A DNA stretch of 64,000 bases from Gemmatimonadota bacterium (GCA_039586365.1 JBDHKN010000005.1:1-64000); one strand, 5' to 3'. Positions 10,764-22,599 are shown, counted from the stretch's first letter. The notes: a model not told the origin generated them from the letters alone. Numbers and translations: made by a program.

Positions 10764-11114
10764 ATGCAGATACTGATCATCATACACGACCCACCCTATG
10801 GTACGGAGCGTCCCTATCAGGCGCTGCGCTTGGCTGACGCTCTCCTCCAGATCGAAGATGACCTCGAGCTGACTGTCTACTTGACGGCCGATGCGGTCTT
10901 CTGCGCCAAGCAGGGACAGACCACCCCTGACGGCTATTACAATGTCGCGCGGATGCTCAAGCCGATCCTGCGCCAAGGAAGCGTGATGACCTGCCGCATG
11001 TGTATGGAGGCGAGGGGGTTGGAGGGCTCCGATCTGCTGGAGGGTGTGGTGGAGACGCGCCTAGGTGACTTGGCCCAACTAGTCCTGGAAGCAGACAAGG
11101 TCCTCGTCTATTGA
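10764..11114 (+). CDS. DsrE/YchN family sulfur-relay protein
   Basis: DPPYGTERPYQALRLA, YLTADAVFCAK, CRMCMEARG, ADKVLVY; GGAG RBS. Confidence 0.85.
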   Translation: MQILIIIHDPPYGTERPYQALRLADALLQIEDDLELTVYLTADAVFCAKQGQTTPDGYYNVARMLKPILRQGSVMTCRMCMEARGLEGSDLLEGVVETRLGDLAQLVLEADKVLVY

Positions 11115-11211
11115 TGCGCGCCGTAGCCAGTCACAGCTGTGGACAGCTACCGTCAGCTGGATCGCGTGCTATCATTGGATGGCCAATGCCCAAGTAAATA
11201 ACGGAGCCGGG

Positions 11212-12435
11212 ATGAAAGACCTCATCTACCTAGATAATGCAGCAACGAGTTTCCCCAAACCGAGTGTAGTACATGACACGGTACGGGATTTCTATAGCAA
11301 GAACGGCATCAACCCCGGCCGCACCGGGTGCGACCTCGCGTTAGCCGCCGAAGAGATGATCCACAACACCAGAATAGCCCTGTCTGGCTTCTTCAATCCG
11401 AGCCTGGAAGAAGCGGGCACACCGAAGGACCCCAATCGCCTGGTTTTCACGCTGAACGCCACCATGAGTCTCAACCTGATCATCAACGGCACTGTTGGGC
11501 CCGGCGACCACGTGGTAACAACCAAGGTGGAGCACAACTCGGTGATCCGCCCAGTCAACCACAAGGTGAAGCAGGGGTCCGAGGCCACTTTCGTCGGACT
11601 TGACTCGGAGGGATACATAGACCCCGAGGACATTCGGAAGGCTATCAGGCAAAACACCAAGCTCGTCATCGTGAACCACGGGTCGAATGTTACGGGCGTC
11701 GTGCAGGACATGAAGGCAATTGGAGCGGTGTGCAGGGAGGAAGGTATTCCGCTCGCGGTAGACGCCGCACAGACTGCGGGAGTGCTCCCGATCGACATGG
11801 CTGAGTGCAACATCAGCTACCTGTCGTTCACCGGCCACAAGTGTTTGTTCGGACCCACCGGGACCGGTGGCATCTGCGTCGCCGACGACGCGCAGATCGA
11901 GGGCACCATCTGGGGAGGAACCGGCGTGAAGAGCGCCTACCCGTACCACCTGGAGGAGTACCCCTACAGACTCGAGGCAGGCACCCTCAACCTCGCTGGT
12001 ATCGCCGGACTCTCAGCAGGGCTTGCGTGGATCAAGCGGCAGGGGCTAGCCAATCTCCATGAGCATGAGATCAAGCTGCTCGGCTTGCTTCAGGAGGGCT
12101 TGTCGGAAATCGAGGAGGTCACCTTACACGGTACCAGGAACCTCGAAAATCGGGTGCCCACCCTGTCGCTGACACTAGCGAATTACGACCCGTCCGACGT
12201 CGGCACCTATCTCGACGTCGACTACAACATTTTGACGCGTACAGGACTCCAGTGCGCACCGTTGATTCACGAGCACCACGGTACCAGTCCGCGCGGTACT
12301 GTCAGGTTCTCGATAGGGCCGTTCAATACAGAGGAGCACATAGAGGCTGCCGTCAGCGCGGTAGGAGAGATCGCCGCCACCAGACCTGTGGCTGGAGTCG
12401 CAAGTGCGGCCGCCAAGGAGCGTGACGGCTGCTGA
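11212..12435 (+). CDS. Aminotransferase class V, cysteine desulfurase family
   Basis: IYLDNAATSFPKP, EHNSV, DAAQTAG, FTGHK (PLP Lys), EAGT, RTGLQCAP (catalytic Cys); GGAG before ATG 11212. Confidence 0.88.
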   Translation: MKDLIYLDNAATSFPKPSVVHDTVRDFYSKNGINPGRTGCDLALAAEEMIHNTRIALSGFFNPSLEEAGTPKDPNRLVFTLNATMSLNLIINGTVGPGDHVVTTKVEHNSVIRPVNHKVKQGSEATFVGLDSEGYIDPEDIRKAIRQNTKLVIVNHGSNVTGVVQDMKAIGAVCREEGIPLAVDAAQTAGVLPIDMAECNISYLSFTGHKCLFGPTGTGGICVADDAQIEGTIWGGTGVKSAYPYHLEEYPYRLEAGTLNLAGIAGLSAGLAWIKRQGLANLHEHEIKLLGLLQEGLSEIEEVTLHGTRNLENRVPTLSLTLANYDPSDVGTYLDVDYNILTRTGLQCAPLIHEHHGTSPRGTVRFSIGPFNTEEHIEAAVSAVGEIAATRPVAGVASAAAKERDGC

Positions 12436-12543
12436 ACTGGTCAACGCGCTCTCCCTGACATGCCAAGCGCCGGGGGGGCTGCTCCCGGCGCTCTTGTCAC
12501 TACAACTCAGCGATGCCAGGCCCTGCGGGCGGGCAACAACCGG

Positions 12544-13887
<1,344 letters not shown>

Positions 13888-14222
13888 GTGTTGCTCCTAT
13901 TCACTCCATAAACGTTGCCGAGCCGGTATTCCGGTCTCGCTGTCAGCGGAAATCGTGAAAAACGCCACATAAGCATACCAAGACGGGACGAAGGGCGGAA
14001 CAGCACCCGGATAGAGACTCCAGAGTCGCTGCATCTTGCCGTGCCACCCTGTTTGGCATGAACGAGATGAGCGGCTAGATTCAGGGTCCTCCACGGGGCA
14101 TTGTGAACCCGCGAGTAGGAGGCTCCTCAGCCCACGTGACCCATCGTAAGGAGTCCTGCGCCAGGCGATCGGAACCACGCGGGCGTTGCCAAGAGAGAGA
14201 AGTACCTATCAAAGGACCAACA

Positions 14223-15440
14223 ATGAGCATTAGCCTGATTGGAAAATCGATTGGCGAATCGGCGACCCTCAAGCTCAACGAGACTGCAGCGATTCTGCGA
14301 GCCAAGGGCGAACCGGTCATCCACTTGGGTGGCGGTGAGCCGAAGACCAAACCTCCCATGGACGCCCTGGTAGCGGCAGCCGGGCTCCTCAACTCGGGGG
14401 AGGTTCGCTACACACCAGCCGACGGGATCCCTGCCCTCAAGCAGGCGGTCATCCGCTACACCGAAGACTTCTACAACCGCAAGGTCGAGCCGGAGAACAT
14501 CATCGCCTCTGGCGGGGCCAAACAGTCGATTATCGTGTGCCTGCAGGCAATTCTGAATCCGCAGGACGAGGTAATTTTCCCGGTACCATATTGGGTAAGC
14601 TACCCGGAGATGGTGAAGCTCTGCGGTGCGGTACCCGTTCCGGTAAGGCCGGAGGACGGATCATTCCACCCGCGGATACAGGAGATCGAGCAGAACGTCA
14701 CCTCTTACACCAAGGCAGTGATCATCAACAGCCCCAACAACCCGTCTGGAGTCATGTACTCGGAAGAGTTCATCGGCGAGATAGTGGAGTTCTGTGAGAA
14801 GCGGGGGCTCTACCTGATCATGGACGACATCTACCATCGGCTGATTTTTGACGGGAAGAAGCCGATCAACTGTTACAGCTACGCCAAGGATCTGTCCGAG
14901 AACTCCAAGCTGGTCGTAGTAAACGGCGTCTCCAAGCAGTACGCCATGACCGGCTTCAGGATTGGCTGGGTGGTCGCCAACAAGAAACTCGTCGAGGTGA
15001 TGACCAACATCCAAGGCCACCAGACTTCGGGCCCGTCGGCACTGTGCCAGCACGCCGCGGTGGCAGCCATCAACGGCGTGCAGAGTAGTGTAGAGGGCCT
15101 GCGTATGACGCTGGAGAACAACCGCAACGTCATGATGGCGCAGCTCAAGTCGTTCGACGGTGTCAAGGCGCACAAGCCGGACGGCACATTCTACACCTTC
15201 GCCGATTTCAGCTACTACCAGAAGGATTCGACCAAGCTCGCCGAGCTCTTGGTGGACAAGGTACGGGTCGTCACCGTACCCGGAGTGGAATTTGGCATGG
15301 AGGGTTTCCTGAGACTCTCCACCTGTGGGACTATCAAGGACATCAGAGACGGTATCGAGCGCATGAAATGGGCCCTCGACCCGAACTCACCGAACGAACT
15401 CTACATCGGCGACCGGAAGCTGATCAGGGACTGGATGTGA
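14223..15440 (+). CDS. PLP-dependent aminotransferase class I/II (aspartate aminotransferase-like)
   Basis: GGAKQ, PYWVSY, NSPNNPSG, DDIY, SKQYAMTGFRIG; AAGGA RBS before ATG 14223. Confidence 0.9.
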   Translation: MSISLIGKSIGESATLKLNETAAILRAKGEPVIHLGGGEPKTKPPMDALVAAAGLLNSGEVRYTPADGIPALKQAVIRYTEDFYNRKVEPENIIASGGAKQSIIVCLQAILNPQDEVIFPVPYWVSYPEMVKLCGAVPVPVRPEDGSFHPRIQEIEQNVTSYTKAVIINSPNNPSGVMYSEEFIGEIVEFCEKRGLYLIMDDIYHRLIFDGKKPINCYSYAKDLSENSKLVVVNGVSKQYAMTGFRIGWVVANKKLVEVMTNIQGHQTSGPSALCQHAAVAAINGVQSSVEGLRMTLENNRNVMMAQLKSFDGVKAHKPDGTFYTFADFSYYQKDSTKLAELLVDKVRVVTVPGVEFGMEGFLRLSTCGTIKDIRDGIERMKWALDPNSPNELYIGDRKLIRDWM

Positions 15441-15480
15441 CGCCGGCTGACAGCTGACAGCTCTAAAAGGAAACTCTACT

Positions 15481-17139
15481 ATGACGAAGTACCTCGAATT
15501 CGATACGCCGGCGGTCAAACAAGCCAAGGATCTAGCCAGCGACTACAAGCTCACGAACCACGGTCTGGTACACCTGGACCGCGTATTCTGGAATCTGCCG
15601 CCGTCGGCTCTCTACGAGGAGGCGGTGTTTCGTGGTGAAGGACACATAGTCCATGGCGGGCCGTTCATCGTGGATACGGGCAAGTGGACCGCCAGAGCGG
15701 CGGCAGACAAGTTCGTCGTGCAGGAGGAATCCACCGCGGGAAAGATCTGGTGGGGTGAGTACAACCGCCCCTGCGCCCCGGAAAAGTTCGCCCACCTAGT
15801 GACCCGGCTGCAGGCCTTTCTCCAGGGTGAAGAACTGTTTGTGCAGGACTGCTACGCAGGTGCCGACCCGGACTACCGCATGCCGATCCGGATCATCACC
15901 GACAGAGCGTGGCACAGCCTATTCGCGCGGAACATGTTCATCGGCGTCGATAAGCAGGACGACTACAAGAAACACATCCCGGAGTTCACCGTCATTGCCT
16001 CGCCCTCGTTCAAGGCGGACCCGAGGGTCGATGGCACCCGCTCCGAGACGGCTATCATCATCAACTTCGCTCAGCGCCTGGCTATCATTGCTGGGTCGGC
16101 CTACGGCGGAGAGATCAAGAAGACCATCTTCACGGTATTGAATTTCCTGTTGCCGCTGGAGGGTGTGCTGGCGATGCACTGCTCCGCCAACGTGGGTAAG
16201 GGGGGAGACGTCGCCCTGTTCTTCGGCCTGAGTGGCACCGGCAAGACCACCCTCTCGGCCGACCCCAACCGCCTCCTCATCGGAGACGACGAACACGGCT
16301 GGAGTGACAACGGAGTGTTTAACTTCGAGAATGGCTGCTACGCCAAGGTAATTCGGCTCTCGCCCGAGAATGAGCCTGAGATCTACGCAGCGACGCGGCG
16401 ATTCGGCACGATTCTCGAGAACGTCGTCTACGACCCTGCCACGCGGAAGGTCGATCTCGATGACGACGCCCTCACGGAGAACACCCGAGCCTCATACCCG
16501 CTCGAGTTCATAGACAATACAGTGCCCGAGAAAATGGCGCGCTCGCACCCCAAGAACGTAGTCTTCCTGACGTGTGATGCCTCTGGCGTACTGCCGCCGA
16601 TAGCGCGACTCAACGCCGAGCAGGCTCAGTATCATTTCATCAGTGGCTACACGTCGAAGATTGCAGGGACTGAAATCGGCTTGGGAATCGAGCCGCAGAT
16701 TACGTTCAGCGCCTGTTTTGGCGGTCCGTTCATGGTGCACCACCCATTCGAGTACGCCAAGCTCCTCAAGGAGAAGATGGCCAAGTACGGTGCGAACTGC
16801 TGGCTAGTGAACACCGGCTGGGTAGGCGGCAGGTTCGGCGTCGGTAAGCGAATCAGCATCCGGCACACCCGCAACCTCTTGAACGCCGCGTTGGACGGCA
16901 AGCTGGACAAGGTCAAGTACCGCAAGGACAAGCTGTTCGGCTTCGAGGTACCCACGCAGTGCCCCGATGTGCCAGCCGACGTGCTGGAACCGTCGGAGTC
17001 CTGGGGCAGTAAGGACGAGTACTGGAAGAAGTACGACGCCTTGGCTGCACGGTACATTGAGAACTTCAAGCTGTTCGAAGACGGTTGCCCACCCGATGTA
17101 GTAGCGGCCGGGCCGAAACGGTTGGCGAAAGCAAAATAG
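15481..17139 (+). CDS. pckA: Phosphoenolpyruvate carboxykinase (ATP)
   Basis: YGGEIKK, MHCSAN, GLSGTGKTTLS, LIGDDEHGW, FENGCYAK, TENTRASYP. Confidence 0.96.
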   Translation: MTKYLEFDTPAVKQAKDLASDYKLTNHGLVHLDRVFWNLPPSALYEEAVFRGEGHIVHGGPFIVDTGKWTARAAADKFVVQEESTAGKIWWGEYNRPCAPEKFAHLVTRLQAFLQGEELFVQDCYAGADPDYRMPIRIITDRAWHSLFARNMFIGVDKQDDYKKHIPEFTVIASPSFKADPRVDGTRSETAIIINFAQRLAIIAGSAYGGEIKKTIFTVLNFLLPLEGVLAMHCSANVGKGGDVALFFGLSGTGKTTLSADPNRLLIGDDEHGWSDNGVFNFENGCYAKVIRLSPENEPEIYAATRRFGTILENVVYDPATRKVDLDDDALTENTRASYPLEFIDNTVPEKMARSHPKNVVFLTCDASGVLPPIARLNAEQAQYHFISGYTSKIAGTEIGLGIEPQITFSACFGGPFMVHHPFEYAKLLKEKMAKYGANCWLVNTGWVGGRFGVGKRISIRHTRNLLNAALDGKLDKVKYRKDKLFGFEVPTQCPDVPADVLEPSESWGSKDEYWKKYDALAARYIENFKLFEDGCPPDVVAAGPKRLAKAK

Positions 17140-17164
17140 GCTAGCCAATCGCGCTGAAACCAAG

Positions 17165-17200
17165 TGGGGATAGGTCCCAGGACTTATCCCCATTTCATTT
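17165..17200 (+). terminator. Intrinsic terminator after pckA
   Basis: TGGGGATAGGTCC-CA-GGACTTATCCCCA stem (one G-U pair) followed by TTTCATTT. Confidence 0.75.
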
Positions 17201-17531
17201 GCCTACGAAGGAGGCGCCGGTTGTTGCAGCGGCACTAGCCAGTGTGCGGCGGCTCCCTTCAGATCGGCGCCGGTCTACGGAGCGACATCCGGGTGCACGT
17301 GAACCAACCAATCCCGCACACGATCTCGCAGCTCTCCTACAGCTGCAGTTAACTCGTCGGCCTCGTCCGGATGTTGCGCCCCATTCCTGTGGTCGGGGTG
17401 TTGGACCCTGGTCCCACGTTGAGTCACTGTGGCCCGGGTGTATTATTGAGCCTCATGTCTTTAGTGGTTGCGTCGTTTGCCGCAGCGATCCAACAGAACC
17501 GGGGCGTGCTCTACGCCCACACGCGCTGAGC

Positions 17532-18911
17532 ATGGCCAACCCAGTCGACCAGGGGGAAGCCACGAGCCTGACCAGGAGCATTTGGCGCTCGGTAGTCCGT
17601 GGCCCGATCCGGCCGCGCGACGACCGGGAACGCAAGTGGGTGGTAGTCAACAACCTCGTACTCCACTTTCGGCCCGTCCGAGTGCCGACCAAGACACTGG
17701 CGTACACGCACACCTTCGGGCTGGGCGGCATGTCTCTCGTACTGGTGCTGTTGCTGGTTGCGACTGGTGTGTTGCTGATGTTCGCGTACGAGCCGGCTCC
17801 CGGAAACGCATACGAGTCGCTTGTCAGACTCCAGCAGAACGTTCTGTTCGGCAAACTAGTGCGCAGCGTGCACCACTGGAGTGCGAACTTCCTCCTCGTC
17901 GTCGTGCTGTTCCATCTGCTGCGCACGTACTTCACCGGCGCATATCATCAGCCGCGCCAGTTCAACTGGGTTCTCGGGCTCGCGTTGCTGATCTGCGTGC
18001 TGGCGTCGAACTTCACCGGCTACTTGCTGCCGTGGGACCAGCTGTCCTACTGGGCGATCACAATCTCCACCGGCATGCTGGAATACGTGCCGGCCGTTGG
18101 CGGGTGGCTCCAGAATGCGATACGGGGTGGATCTGAGATCGGGCAAGCGACGCTCATCAACTTCTACACGTTCCACACCACGTTAATCCCGGTCACCATC
18201 TTCGTGTTGCTGGCGTTCCATTTCTGGCGAGTGCGCAAAGCGCGCGGCGTGGTCGTGCCGCGGTCGCCGGGAGATGAGCCAGAGAGCCAACCCGAGAAGG
18301 TGCTCGCGCTGCCGCATCTCATCTACCGTGAGTTCGTGGTTTCATTGGTGCTGGTCGCCTTCATCCTGATGTTCTCGGTATTCGTCACGGCATCGCTCGG
18401 CGAGGTTGCGAATCCGGGGATGAGCCCCAATCCCGCCAAGCCACCGTGGTACTTCGTCGGGATCCAGGAACTGCTACTCCACTTCCATCCGACTTTCGCA
18501 GTATTGGTATTGCCCGTGGCTGGGACTGTTGCACTCTTCTCGGTTCCGTATCTGGCGTACGAGCAGGACACGTCGGGAATCTGGCTTGCTTCCCACCGAG
18601 GACGGCGTTTGGCTGCGGTGGCGGCAGTGGTTGCAGTGATGGTGACCACGGCCCTTGTGGTGCTGGACGAGTACTGGATCGACTTCGGTTCCTGGTTGCC
18701 CTGGCTACCATCGGTGGTAAGCAACGGGCTTGTGCCGGTGGCGCTGCTCATTGCTGGGCTGTGGGGCATCGATGTGTGGCTTAGGAAGCGCCACGGGGCC
18801 TCGCGCGTTGAGAGAGTGCAGACCCTCTTCGTTGCGGTCCTCGTCGCATTCGCGACGCTCACGGCCATCGGGGTGTGGTTCCGGGGAGCGGGAATGGCGC
18901 TGACACTGTGA
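17532..18911 (+). CDS. Cytochrome b/b6 (N- and C-terminal domains fused, extra C-terminal TM helices)
   Basis: Heme-ligand His pairs in RSVHHWSAN...FHLLR and FHTT...[24 protein letters not shown] (PEWY-like); ATG 17532 preferred over the longer ORF start. Confidence 0.9.
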   Translation: MANPVDQGEATSLTRSIWRSVVRGPIRPRDDRERKWVVVNNLVLHFRPVRVPTKTLAYTHTFGLGGMSLVLVLLLVATGVLLMFAYEPAPGNAYESLVRLQQNVLFGKLVRSVHHWSANFLLVVVLFHLLRTYFTGAYHQPRQFNWVLGLALLICVLASNFTGYLLPWDQLSYWAITISTGMLEYVPAVGGWLQNAIRGGSEIGQATLINFYTFHTTLIPVTIFVLLAFHFWRVRKARGVVVPRSPGDEPESQPEKVLALPHLIYREFVVSLVLVAFILMFSVFVTASLGEVANPGMSPNPAKPPWYFVGIQELLLHFHPTFAVLVLPVAGTVALFSVPYLAYEQDTSGIWLASHRGRRLAAVAAVVAVMVTTALVVLDEYWIDFGSWLPWLPSVVSNGLVPVALLIAGLWGIDVWLRKRHGASRVERVQTLFVAVLVAFATLTAIGVWFRGAGMALTL

Positions 18912-18938
18912 CGGCAACGCCAATGAAGGAGTAGTGCG

Positions 18939-19535
18939 GTGAGTCGGAAGCGTCGATCCAAGCAGCAAGCACCGAGGACGCCTGAGCTGAAGGCGCAGCC
19001 CGAGACACCCCGGCAGGAGTCGATACCGGAGCAGGCCGCCGCTCCGGACGCAGCGACCCCGTCAGGCGAGTCCCGTCGCAGCTTTCTCGGCAAGGCGTGG
19101 CTCGGGCTCGGTGTGGTTGCACTAATTGAATCCGCCTGGATCGTGCTCGAGTTTCTCCGCCCCAGGAGGGCTCAGGCAACTGACGAAGCTGCGATAGTCA
19201 TCGCGGGCCCCATCGATCGGTTCGAGCCTGGATCCGTTACCGCGTTTCCCCAGGGCAAGTTCTACCTCGCACGGCTGGAAGACGGCGGCTTCATGGCTCT
19301 CGCTAGGGAGTGCACCCACCTTGGCTGTACGGTCCCCTGGCTGGCCGACGAGAACCGTTTCGTCTGCCCCTGTCATTCATCCGCATTCGACATCCACGGT
19401 GATGTCATCGACCAGCCCGCGCCTCGAGCGCTCGATCTCTACGCGGTCCGCATCGAGAACCAGATCGTGAAGGTCGACACGAGCAAACCCATCCGGCGGC
19501 GTGCATTCGACGCAGCCCAGGTGGCGCGAGCGTGA
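18939..19535 (+). CDS. Rieske [2Fe-2S] protein
   Basis: SRRSFL twin-Arg motif plus TM helix; CTHLGC and CPCH boxes; AGGAG RBS. Confidence 0.92.
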   Translation: MSRKRRSKQQAPRTPELKAQPETPRQESIPEQAAAPDAATPSGESRRSFLGKAWLGLGVVALIESAWIVLEFLRPRRAQATDEAAIVIAGPIDRFEPGSVTAFPQGKFYLARLEDGGFMALARECTHLGCTVPWLADENRFVCPCHSSAFDIHGDVIDQPAPRALDLYAVRIENQIVKVDTSKPIRRRAFDAAQVARA

Positions 19536-21835
19536 GCGAACAGTCGCACAGCGGTGATGGCCTCAGAAGGTGGACGTTGATAGGTCTCGGCGCGTCCGTG
19601 GTGATCGTGCTCGCGGTGCCGCTATATCTCGTCAAAGAGAGAATTGCCGGTGGTGGGGCGGCAGGAATGCAGGCTCGGGTGGAGACGTTCGTCGGCCGCG
19701 AGAGTTGCCTCTCGTGTCACGAAGTCGCCTACCAAGCGTGGTCGGGATCCGACCACGACAAAGCGATGGACGTCGCATCCGATTCTACCGTGCTCGGCCA
19801 CTTCGATGGTGCGGTGTTCGAGCACCGGGGTGTTACTAGCGAGTTCTATCGGCGTGACGGCAAGTACTACGTCCGCACTGAGGGCCCTGATGGTGATGCT
19901 GACGAGTTCGAGATTGCCTACACCTTCGGCGTCGACCCACTGCAACAATATCTGATCCGATTCCCGGGCGGACGCCTCCAGGCGCTGTCTACCGCGTGGA
20001 ACGTCGTCCGCGGCGAGTGGTTCCATCTCTATCCCGGCCAAGACATTCCCTCCAATGACTGGTTGCACTGGACCAGGGGCGCGCAGAACTGGAACGGCAT
20101 GTGTGCAGAGTGCCATTCCACCAACCTGGTGAAGGGCTACGATCCGGCCACCAAGACCTTTGAGACCACCTGGTCGGAAATCGACGTCAGCTGTGAGGCC
20201 TGTCATGGGCCCGGATCCCGTCATGTAGCTTGGGCGGAGCTGCCACCGATGGCTCGGCCTCCGAGCGATGACTACGAGTTGGTCATCCCGAGCAGCGATA
20301 TCACTGCCCGGCAGCAGGTCGAGCTTTGTGCTCCGTGCCATTCCCGCCGCACAGAACTGGGGGACTACGACCACCGACGCATGGACCTGCTGGACAGCCA
20401 ACTTCCCGCGGTGCTCCGCGAGGGCCTCTACCATCCGGACGGACAGATCCTGGAAGAGGTGTACGTATACGGTTCCTTCGTTCAGAGCAAGATGTACCGC
20501 AACGACGTTCGGTGCAGCGATTGTCACGATGTCCACAGCCTCGAGCTGGTTGAGGAAGGGAACCAGCTGTGCCTTCAGTGCCACCGCGGTGACGCGTACG
20601 ACAGTTACGAGCATCATTTTCACCAGCAGGTGTACCAGGGCGAACCCAGCGACGGTGCTCTCTGTGTGAAGTGTCACATGGTCGAGCAGCCGTACATGGT
20701 CATCGACTGGCGGGCGGATCACAGCCTGAGGGTGCCGCGTCCGGATCTAACACTCGAGATTGGCACACCCAACGCCTGCGCTCAGAGCGGCTGCCACGAA
20801 GACCAGTCGGCTCAGTGGTCGGCCAGGTACTACCGGCAGTGGTACGGTGAGGCGAAGCAGCCGCATTTCGCTACCATCATCGCGGCGGGGCGGGAAGGAC
20901 GGCCAGAGGCGCGAGACGATCTAATACGGTTGGCCGGGGATGATCTGTATCCCGCGATCGTTCGGGCGACCGCGCTCACGCTGTTGGCCTCGTATCCCAG
21001 CGAGGAGAGCACGGCAGCTTTCAACCAGGCGCTCGCCGACGAAGAACCACTCCTCAGGCACACCGCCCTCACCAGCCTGAACGTGTCCACTGCAGAAGTG
21101 TACGTCGAGCTCGTGGCGCCGCTGCTGTTCGATCCGGTGAAGGCCGTGCGGATCGAGGCCGCCTCGCGCCTTGCCGGCACGCGTGCGGATATGTTGGAAC
21201 AGTATCAGCTAGACGCATTGGAAGAGACACTCGCCGAGTACCGGGAGACCGCGTCGTACTCGCTCGATTTCGCCTTCGCCGGCCACAATCTGGGGAACCT
21301 CTACGCTCGGCTCGGCGACGCCGCTCAGGCCGAACGGTACTACCGATCGGCCATCGAGATCGACGATCTGTTTTACCCGGCCAAGATCAACCTGGGAATG
21401 CTGTACAACTCGAGTGGCCGGAACGCGGAAGCCGAGCGACTGTTCCGCGAGGTGTTAACGGCGGATCCCGAGCAGCTAGAGGTCGCGTACCTGCTGGGAC
21501 TGCTGTTAGCTGAACTCGACCGCCTCGAGGAAGCAGTCGAGTATCTGGGGATCGCATCGGACGGAATGCCTGAGCGGGCCCGGGCACATTACAACTATGG
21601 CTTGGCACTCCAGGCAGTGGGAAGGCCGGCTGGGGCGGAAACGGCCTTGCTGAAGGCGCTCAATGTCGAGCCGCGGAACTACGACTATCTATATGCCTTG
21701 GCCGACCACTATGTGAAGCGCCAACAGTGGCACCAGGCGCTAGCTGTGGCCGACAGAATGATCGAGGCCCAGCCGGAGAATCGTATCGGCTCAGACATAC
21801 GAACACTGGCGGAGGGAGAACTGCGGCGGGAATGA
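19532..21835 (+). CDS. Membrane-anchored multiheme c-type cytochrome with HEAT and TPR repeats
   Basis: 7 CxxCH motifs (CLSCH, CAECH, CEACH, CAPCH, CSDCH, CLQCH, CVKCH) plus CAQSGCH; C-terminal TPRs; 4-nt overlap with the Rieske gene. Confidence 0.9.
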   Translation: MSEQSHSGDGLRRWTLIGLGASVVIVLAVPLYLVKERIAGGGAAGMQARVETFVGRESCLSCHEVAYQAWSGSDHDKAMDVASDSTVLGHFDGAVFEHRGVTSEFYRRDGKYYVRTEGPDGDADEFEIAYTFGVDPLQQYLIRFPGGRLQALSTAWNVVRGEWFHLYPGQDIPSNDWLHWTRGAQNWNGMCAECHSTNLVKGYDPATKTFETTWSEIDVSCEACHGPGSRHVAWAELPPMARPPSDDYELVIPSSDITARQQVELCAPCHSRRTELGDYDHRRMDLLDSQLPAVLREGLYHPDGQILEEVYVYGSFVQSKMYRNDVRCSDCHDVHSLELVEEGNQLCLQCHRGDAYDSYEHHFHQQVYQGEPSDGALCVKCHMVEQPYMVIDWRADHSLRVPRPDLTLEIGTPNACAQSGCHEDQSAQWSARYYRQWYGEAKQPHFATIIAAGREGRPEARDDLIRLAGDDLYPAIVRATALTLLASYPSEESTAAFNQALADEEPLLRHTALTSLNVSTAEVYVELVAPLLFDPVKAVRIEAASRLAGTRADMLEQYQLDALEETLAEYRETASYSLDFAFAGHNLGNLYARLGDAAQAERYYRSAIEIDDLFYPAKINLGMLYNSSGRNAEAERLFREVLTADPEQLEVAYLLGLLLAELDRLEEAVEYLGIASDGMPERARAHYNYGLALQAVGRPAGAETALLKALNVEPRNYDYLYALADHYVKRQQWHQALAVADRMIEAQPENRIGSDIRTLAEGELRRE

Positions 21836-22141
21836 TCTCAGTCCAGCCGGGGCCAACTGGCCTGGTACCGCACAGACGGACGTTCTGAGCCGATCACGGC
21901 CGAACTACCATATTCAGCAGGTTCTCCGTTTTCCAGGATGGCAAGTGTGGTGCGGCCTGCCGTGTACGGTCGCCACTTGGACTGCCACGACGGCAGAGTC
22001 TTCGCGTGTTGCAGCCAACGCCACGCGTCGCCCAGCCCCCTCCTGGAATTATGAAGATTATGAAGAAGAGGCCGCGGCCAGCCAGCGGCGAAATCCCGCC
22101 GCAGGGCTGTATATGATTGGCCAGTAATGACTTAGCATGGA

Positions 22142-22165
22142 CAGGGCGACCCTTGGGTCGCCCTG
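22142..22165. repeat. Perfect GC-rich palindrome (REP-like)
   Basis: CAGGGCGACCC-TT-GGGTCGCCCTG, 11-bp arms. Confidence 0.7.
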
Positions 22166-22182
22166 AGCGTCACCTCAAATCC

Positions 22183-22430
22183 TCAATTCGAGGTCTCGAA
22201 TCGCCGATTCGAGGCCAAGTCCGGGTGATTTTTCCCTCGGATCGATGATTCCATCTTCCGGAGACATCGCTTTTCAGCCGAAATCAACGATTCGAGGTCT
22301 CGACTTGACGATTCGAGGTCTCGACTCGACGACTCGAGGCGTCGACCTGACGATTCGAGGCCTCGAATCGACGACTCGAGATCAGGGTCAGGCGCTTCGC
22401 AGCGTGGTCCAGGAGACTCGAGACCTCGGG
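22183..22430. repeat. Degenerate 21-nt tandem repeat array with palindromic units
   Basis: Best-preserved units at 22287-22380 (ACGATTCGAGGTCTCGACTTG and variants); periodicity traceable from about 22186 to 22420 with one 1-nt slip. Confidence 0.8.
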
Positions 22431-22585
22431 GCGCCTGGGAGAGTGTGCCAAGTTGGCGGGGTGCCAATTGGTAAGCTGATTGCCATTCTGCGCAACAGGG
22501 CCGGTTGCCGATGGGCGGCCGCCCACACAAACAGCGCGCAGCGTGGAGTCTGCAGTTGCTTCATTATGACCCGAATCCGTTGCAC

Positions 22586-22599
22586 AATGTAACTACATT
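22586..22599. promoter_or_regulatory. Probable autoregulatory operator overlapping a -10-like hexamer of the TA operon
   Basis: Inverted repeat AATGTA-AC-TACATT; TACATT ends 7 nt before the antitoxin ATG; no SD sequence. Confidence 0.55.

Noticed and set aside
10764..12435. Selenoprotein recoding near the DsrE/desulfurase pair
   Set aside because: Both genes are full length with Cys codons; no in-frame TGA read-through is needed
14030..14050. Sigma54-like TGGCAC sites (also near 10660 and 53850)
   Set aside because: GG-to-GC spacing is off by one from the required GG-N10-GC, and TTGC is missing
17199..17531. N-terminal ORF extensions of cyt b (likewise 41581-41955 for the CDF and 14103-14222 for the aminotransferase)
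   Set aside because: Not protein-like, and some overlap a terminator or another gene; downstream ATG starts fit the families better
22183..22430. Possible CRISPR array
   Set aside because: Units are contiguous 21-mers with no unique spacers, and no cas genes are in the window
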